Shown: positions 44,472-48,709 of the stretch, in pieces
How positions within the stretch are numbered: position 1 is the stretch's first letter
How the letters are laid out: each line of letters opens with the position of its first letter
Position numbers and translations under genes: made by a program
Assembly: GCA_025057295.1 (NCBI GenBank)
Contig: JANWXO010000001.1
Span: forward strand, 1-48,709
Direction: 5' to 3'
DNA from: Candidatus Binatia bacterium
GTDB taxonomy: Bacteria > Desulfobacterota > Binatia > Bin18
DNA: 48,709 nt
Notes under the pieces: generated by a model
What the model was told of the DNA's origin: nothing
Databases searched by the model: none
Seen by the model: the letters and a program-made list of their open reading frames with translations, nothing else

Positions 44472-45926
44472 TTACGATGGCTCATAGGCCGCACGGAGAC
44501 GGTCGAGCGCGGTAAAGACAGCCCGGCGCAGCTCGCAGGGTCGGAACAGACTCACCCCTCGTTTGATCCCTTCGTTGAGCAATTGAGTGAGCTGGGCGAC
44601 GGTGTAGAACTGTTCGTACGCCTCCCGGGTGCGGGCGAGCGGGATGATGGTGTTGTTCGTCAGAAGCGGGTCGGCGTCGGCAGGAAAGTACCCATCGGCA
44701 ACGGCACGCGCGTAATCGGGAGTGCCGGGAATAGGGGAGAAGGAGGAGAGGCGGATCTGGATGCCTAAACTGTTGGCGTAGAGAATCGTTTCGATCACTT
44801 CTGTGAGCGGCTGGTGCGGGAGTCCCATGATGATGTACGTTTCTATCTCCCGCGCCTGGTAGCCGGCCTTGGTCAGGTTGTGGACCGCACGGGTCATCTC
44901 TCCGGGCGTGATCTTGTTGTGGATATCGCGCAGTCGCTCTTTGGCGACGGATTCTAAGCTCAAACGGATCGTTTTGAAGTTGCACCGGTACATCAATTCG
45001 GCCAGTTCCTCGTCGATGTAGCGCGCGTGCAAGCCGTTCGGCGTGTGAAAACGGAGGGGGCGCTTGCTGGCGAGCAGAGCTCGCAGGATGGGCTTGATCC
45101 GGAGGGTGGGTTGCATGAGCAGGGCGTCGTCGTAAAAAGCGACATCTCGGACGCGCAGCCGGCGCGTTTGCGAGAGGATTTCCGCCACCACACTCTCCGG
45201 CTGTCGCTGGGTAAAGGCGCTATCGATCGTGTAGGTGGCGCAGAAAGTACAGCGGAAGGGGCAGCCGCGTGAGGTCATGACGATCAGGTAGTCGTTCTTG
45301 CGCAGCAGATCGAAGGCTGGATAGGGAAAGTCGTCGAGGCGAGCGGGAAAATCGTCCAACAGGTCTGGCCTGTTGCAGAGTTGCGCCAGCAGTGCGGCCA
45401 CTTTGTATTCCCCGGGTCCGGTGATGAGATAGTCGGGTTTGACCACCTGGCGGGCATGGTCTGGCAGGAGCGAGGCGTAAATACCGCCTAGAATGATGGG
45501 GACTCCTGGGAAGACCGCCCGGCAGATTTCTACTACCCGTTGTGGTCCCATGTACCAGTAGGTCATGAAAGAGGTGACGAGGATGGCGTCTGGGCGGGGA
45601 CGACGTTGGAGTTCGGCGGAGAAGACGTCTTCCGGGAGGCCGTAGCGGGCGAAGTGGCGCGGGATGAAGTTCACACACGCGGGCGTGGGCACGATCTCCC
45701 GATAAAAAGGACCGATCCCGTAGCGGCGCAGTTTGGGGGCAGTCCGCTGTTGGCGACGCAGCACCTCTGGATGCCACTTGTCGAGACAGTCCAGGACCTC
45801 CACGGCAAAGCCGCGCGCGCGCAGAAAGGAGGCGAGGTAGAGCAGGCCGAGCGGTTTACTCCAGTGATCATAAGCTGCGAAATCGTAGATCCAGGGGTTG
45901 ATACAGAGAACTGTGGGTGTGCTCAT
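44472..45926 (-). CDS. B12-binding-domain radical SAM protein
   Basis: N-terminal Rossmann-like B12 domain (LCINPWIYDFAAYDHWSKPLGLLYLASFLRARGFAV). Radical SAM cluster motif CPFRCTFC (CxxxCxxC). Start trimmed to ATG 45926, which overlaps the upstream stop (ATGA). 484 aa. Confidence 0.85.
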   Translation of the reverse strand: MSTPTVLCINPWIYDFAAYDHWSKPLGLLYLASFLRARGFAVEVLDCLDKWHPEVLRRQQRTAPKLRRYGIGPFYREIVPTPACVNFIPRHFARYGLPEDVFSAELQRRPRPDAILVTSFMTYWYMGPQRVVEICRAVFPGVPIILGGIYASLLPDHARQVVKPDYLITGPGEYKVAALLAQLCNRPDLLDDFPARLDDFPYPAFDLLRKNDYLIVMTSRGCPFRCTFCATYTIDSAFTQRQPESVVAEILSQTRRLRVRDVAFYDDALLMQPTLRIKPILRALLASKRPLRFHTPNGLHARYIDEELAELMYRCNFKTIRLSLESVAKERLRDIHNKITPGEMTRAVHNLTKAGYQAREIETYIIMGLPHQPLTEVIETILYANSLGIQIRLSSFSPIPGTPDYARAVADGYFPADADPLLTNNTIIPLARTREAYEQFYTVAQLTQLLNEGIKRGVSLFRPCELRRAVFTALDRLRAAYEPS

Positions 45927-46648
45927 CGTTCCTCTGCTGCAGTGGGAGCTTTGGCCCACTCCACCGTGCCCTGACGAATCAGCTCCGGCCACACCGCTTC
46001 GGGAGGTGTGTCGAAGATGAGGGCGGCCGTAGCCGGAAGGATATGCCAGTCGCCGCGGGTGACTTCCTGATCGAGTTGCCCCGGTGCCCACCCGGCGTAT
46101 CCGATGTAGGCACGGAATCGCTCTCCCGGGGTTGTCTCGGCGGCCAGCTGCTGCAAGAGCGCACGGCTCCCACTGGCATAGACGTCGCCAAAAATCTTGT
46201 GTGCACCCTCGTGGTGATGGGGCGATTGGACGAGGAGCAGCAGCTGGGTCCGCCCGACCGGACCACCGATGTACACCCGCTCGGAGCGCCGTTGCAGCGC
46301 TTTGCTGTCGGGGAACAGCTCGGACAGGGCAACAGTCGTCGGACGGTTGATAATCACCCCCATGGCACCGTCTGCCGTATAGTCGATCAGGAGGACGACG
46401 GTCTCGGCAAAATTGGGGTCGAGCAGATTGCGATCCGCGACCAGCAATTTCCCTTTTGCCAGCTCGCTGGTCCGCTGGGAAATGGGCTGCTGAGGAAGTT
46501 GAGGCTGAGACGGAAACCTCGGGGTCCACTCTGTGAATCCCGCCGCCTGCCCGGCAAGAAGAAGAGCGAACAGGAGATAGAGGGGGATCGTCCTCCGCTG
46601 TCGTCGTGTCTGAGGATGTGATCCACGATCGTCGGACGAGATCGCCAT
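45923..46648 (-). CDS. YqgE/AlgH (UPF0301) family protein with an N-terminal signal/anchor-like extension
   Basis: LLVADRNLLDPNFAETVVLLIDYTADGAMGVIINRP...YIGGPV...YAGWAPGQLDQEVTRGDW are canonical YqgE/AlgH blocks, preceded by RRQRRTIPLYLLFALLLAGQAAG. Confidence 0.8.
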   Translation of the reverse strand: MAISSDDRGSHPQTRRQRRTIPLYLLFALLLAGQAAGFTEWTPRFPSQPQLPQQPISQRTSELAKGKLLVADRNLLDPNFAETVVLLIDYTADGAMGVIINRPTTVALSELFPDSKALQRRSERVYIGGPVGRTQLLLLVQSPHHHEGAHKIFGDVYASGSRALLQQLAAETTPGERFRAYIGYAGWAPGQLDQEVTRGDWHILPATAALIFDTPPEAVWPELIRQGTVEWAKAPTAAEER

Positions 46649-46787
46649 TGCTCCAGTGCGCCTGCTCCCGAGTGTAGGCGAATTCTATTGCTGCCGCTCG
46701 GTTTCAGCAAGCGGAGTCGCCTCTCTCCGGCAGAGCGGCGGGGCAGCGCTCGACCCGCTGCCCTGCGCTCGCTAAGATGCCGCGCGT

Positions 46788-48338
46788 ATGCGTCACTCCT
46801 GGTTTGTTCGTGGCGATATCGACGGCTTCTTCGGCCTGTTTGTCGATAACCTGTTACAGCTCATGCTGATCGCGGTCTTGTGCCGCGTGGTGGCGGGATT
46901 GCCGGAGGAGTTTGTCACGGCGCGCATTCTTCCCGGCGCAGCCATCTCGATCCTCGTGGGGAATCTCTTTTACGCTTGGCAGGCGCGTCAACTGATGCGA
47001 AAAACTGGGCGCGACGACGTGACGGCGTTACCCTACGGGATCAATACTCCCAGCCTCTTTGCCTATGTTTTCCTCATCATGGGCCCGATCTATCAGGAGA
47101 CCAAAAACCCGACGCTGGCGTGGCAGGCCGGATTGTTTGCCTGTCTGTTGAGCGGGGTGATGGAAACGGGAGGGGCATTTGTCGGAGACTGGGTGCGACA
47201 GCATACACCACGCGCTGCGTTGCTCGCGGCGCTGGCTGGAGTGGCCATCACTTTTATCTCGATGGGATTTGTCTTTCAGATTTTCGCCTCGCCGGCGATC
47301 GCCCTCGTGCCCATGATGCTGACGTTGGTGGCCTACGCCTCGCAGCACAAGTTCCCCTTCGGGCTGCCGGGTGGGCTGGTTGCTATCCTCACCGGGGTGG
47401 GACTCGCCTGGGGACTGCGGGCTTTCGGATTTCCCTTTTTCGCCCCTGCCGCAGCACCGTACACCCTGGCCCTGTATGCCCCAGTGCCAGTACCCAGAGA
47501 TATCTTCGCGCTGTTTTCCAGTCGCACCGGCTGGCAGTACCTGGCAGTGATCGTGCCGATGGGGCTCTTCAATGTGGTAGGCTCGCTGCAAAACCTGGAA
47601 AGTGCAGAGGCAGCGGGAGACCGCTACGACACTCGTCCCTCTTTACTCGTGAACGGGATCGGCAGCATTGTGGCGGCCTTGTTGGGCAGTGCCTTCCCCA
47701 CGACGATCTACATCGGACACCCGGCGTGGAAGGCGATGGGGGCCCGTGCGGGCTACTCGATCCTCAACGGTGTGGTCGTGACGCTCCTCTGCCTCCTCGG
47801 AGGGATCACGCTCATCCTGCAAATCGTCCCGCTAGAGGCGACGTTGGGGATTTTGCTGTGGATCGGCATCATCATTACAGCGCAGGCGTTTCAAGAGGTC
47901 CCCAAAAGCCATGCCCTCGCCGTTGCCTTTGGACTGATCCCGTCCCTGGCCGCCTGGGCGCTGCTCCTGGTCGAGACGACCGTACGGGCGGCGGGAAAAA
48001 CCCTGTTCGAGGTCGCGCCGGCTTTCGGCAATGACCTCTACATTCACGGCATGATCGCCTTGAGCCAGGGGTTCCTGCTCAGCGCGATGGTGCTGGCGGC
48101 GATTCTCGTGTTCGTCATCGAGCGTGCGTTTCTGCGCGCCGCCGGTTGGACGGCGGTTGCCGCCGTGCTCTCGCTGGTCGGTCTCATCCATGCCTATGAG
48201 CTCACCCCAGCAGGGGTACAGAACAAGTTTGGCGTTGCTGCTGCGCCGGCATTTGCCGTGATGTACGGGCTCAGCGCCCTGTTCCTCGTCTGCTTGCACG
48301 TCATCGGACGGGCTGCGGAGAGGAAAGACAGAGGCTGA
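46788..48338 (+). CDS. Polytopic permease, probably xanthine/uracil (NCS2/AzgA-like) superfamily
   Basis: 516 aa with about 12-14 hydrophobic segments. The N-terminal DIDGFFGLFVDNLLQLMLI and TALPYGINTPSLFAYVF resemble AGZA-type permeases. The family call is tentative. Confidence 0.5.
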   Translation: MRHSWFVRGDIDGFFGLFVDNLLQLMLIAVLCRVVAGLPEEFVTARILPGAAISILVGNLFYAWQARQLMRKTGRDDVTALPYGINTPSLFAYVFLIMGPIYQETKNPTLAWQAGLFACLLSGVMETGGAFVGDWVRQHTPRAALLAALAGVAITFISMGFVFQIFASPAIALVPMMLTLVAYASQHKFPFGLPGGLVAILTGVGLAWGLRAFGFPFFAPAAAPYTLALYAPVPVPRDIFALFSSRTGWQYLAVIVPMGLFNVVGSLQNLESAEAAGDRYDTRPSLLVNGIGSIVAALLGSAFPTTIYIGHPAWKAMGARAGYSILNGVVVTLLCLLGGITLILQIVPLEATLGILLWIGIIITAQAFQEVPKSHALAVAFGLIPSLAAWALLLVETTVRAAGKTLFEVAPAFGNDLYIHGMIALSQGFLLSAMVLAAILVFVIERAFLRAAGWTAVAAVLSLVGLIHAYELTPAGVQNKFGVAAAPAFAVMYGLSALFLVCLHVIGRAAERKDRG

Positions 48339-48709
48339 GTCGCTGCGGTCGAGCGATGGGTGGGTGCGGTCGCCGCTGTTGCCCGCGCTGCCGGAGTGAG
48401 CGCCGCATCTTTCTTGACCAGCTCGATATCGATCGTGATGGCGACTTCCTCACCGATAGCTACCCCTCCGGTTTCCAGAAGGGAGTTATAAGTGATGCCG
48501 AAGTCGGTGCGGTTGATCGTAGTGGTGGCCTGACCCCCGAGGCGCAGATGACCACGCGGATCTTTGATGGGCAGAGGTGAGCCGGTGACGTCGAGCACGA
48601 CTTCCCGCGTGACGCCGTGGAGCGTCAGGTTGCCGATGACTTTGTAGCGGGTGTCGCTCACCTGCTCCACTCGTTTCGAGGTGAAGGTGATCGTCGGGTA
48701 TTTTTCGAC
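48194..48709 (-). CDS. YceI family protein (5' end outside the window), with an unusual ~70-aa Ala/Thr-rich C-terminal tail
   Basis: The reverse strand reads ...EKYPTITFTSKRVEQVSDTRYKVIGNLTLHGVTREVVLDV...TTINRTDFGI...ITIDIELVKK, canonical YceI. The ORF is open to the window edge. The stop comes only at 48194, inside the convergent permease gene. Confidence 0.8.
   Translation of the reverse strand, partial: VEKYPTITFTSKRVEQVSDTRYKVIGNLTLHGVTREVVLDVTGSPLPIKDPRGHLRLGGQATTTINRTDFGITYNSLLETGGVAIGEEVAITIDIELVKKDAALTPAARATAATAPTHRSTAATQPLSFLSAARPMTCKQTRNRALSPYITANAGAAATPNLFCTPAGVSS

Noticed and set aside
44472-46529. Very long N-terminal extensions in the ORF track. Examples: 44472..46529 (685 aa), 21618..23339, 12022..14787, 40137..41147, 33096..34493, 32314..33435, 20290..20937.
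   Set aside because: The extensions overlap upstream genes and are low-complexity. Internal ATGs give family-typical lengths and coincide with good RBSs or ATGA stop/start overlaps, so the trimmed starts were used instead.
46649-46787. Possible purine or other riboswitch upstream of the NCS2-like permease. An 8-bp stem / 7-nt loop hairpin, GGGCAGCG-ctcgacc-CGCTGCCC, lies at 46741..46763.
   Set aside because: I could not find the conserved purine-riboswitch loop and junction sequences or any other riboswitch signature. A single short GC hairpin in GC-rich DNA is weak evidence.

Overview
GC-rich, gene-dense chromosomal segment from a diderm bacterium. I call about 43 protein-coding genes and one frameshifted pseudogene. 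I recognised no rRNA, tRNA, CRISPR array, transposase or integrase. From 1 to about 29 kb the content is ordinary housekeeping and metabolism: a glycogen debranching-type glucosidase, two crotonases, a NIPSNAP protein, a nitroreductase, an orphan LarA-like protein, a four-gene Mla/Mce-type lipid transport operon, an M1 aminopeptidase divergent from clpS-clpA, a DUF1329 protein, a tandem MaoC dehydratase pair, a VOC protein, pncB, an LLM oxidoreductase, a YcbB-type L,D-transpeptidase, a DUF3011 protein and a ThDP enzyme. The notable part is a roughly 15-kb membrane-lipid-modification island at about 29.4-44.4 kb. (i) Its first arm is a minus-strand operon of five genes joined by four consecutive ATGA stop/start overlaps: acyl-lipid desaturase, FAD oxidoreductase, DUF1365, CFA-synthase-like methyltransferase, and a DUF2878::chalcone-isomerase-like fusion. 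(ii) A second CFA-synthase-like methyltransferase is transcribed divergently from it. (iii) Next comes a CarH-type (MerR HTH plus AdoB12-binding, with Wx9EH and ExHxxG motifs) light-sensor regulator. It carries an unexplained in-frame N-terminal extension of about 210 aa and is translationally coupled to an ankyrin-repeat lipoprotein. It is preceded by the only strongly AT-rich patch in the window, which holds TGTnCA-type hexamers phased exactly 11 bp apart across a perfect TTGACA -35 box. (iv) A second arm follows: DUF1295, an SRPBCC::SDR39U1 fusion, DUF4149 and a second FAD oxidoreductase. This gene set matches the conserved singlet-oxygen / furan-fatty-acid-type module of Proteobacteria, but here it appears wired to a B12 photoreceptor rather than an ECF sigma factor. 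That link rests on adjacency and is not proven. After the island come a YqgE/AlgH protein coupled to a B12-binding radical SAM enzyme, an NCS2-like permease and a partial YceI gene. All domain calls are by-eye motif recognition and were not checked against any database.
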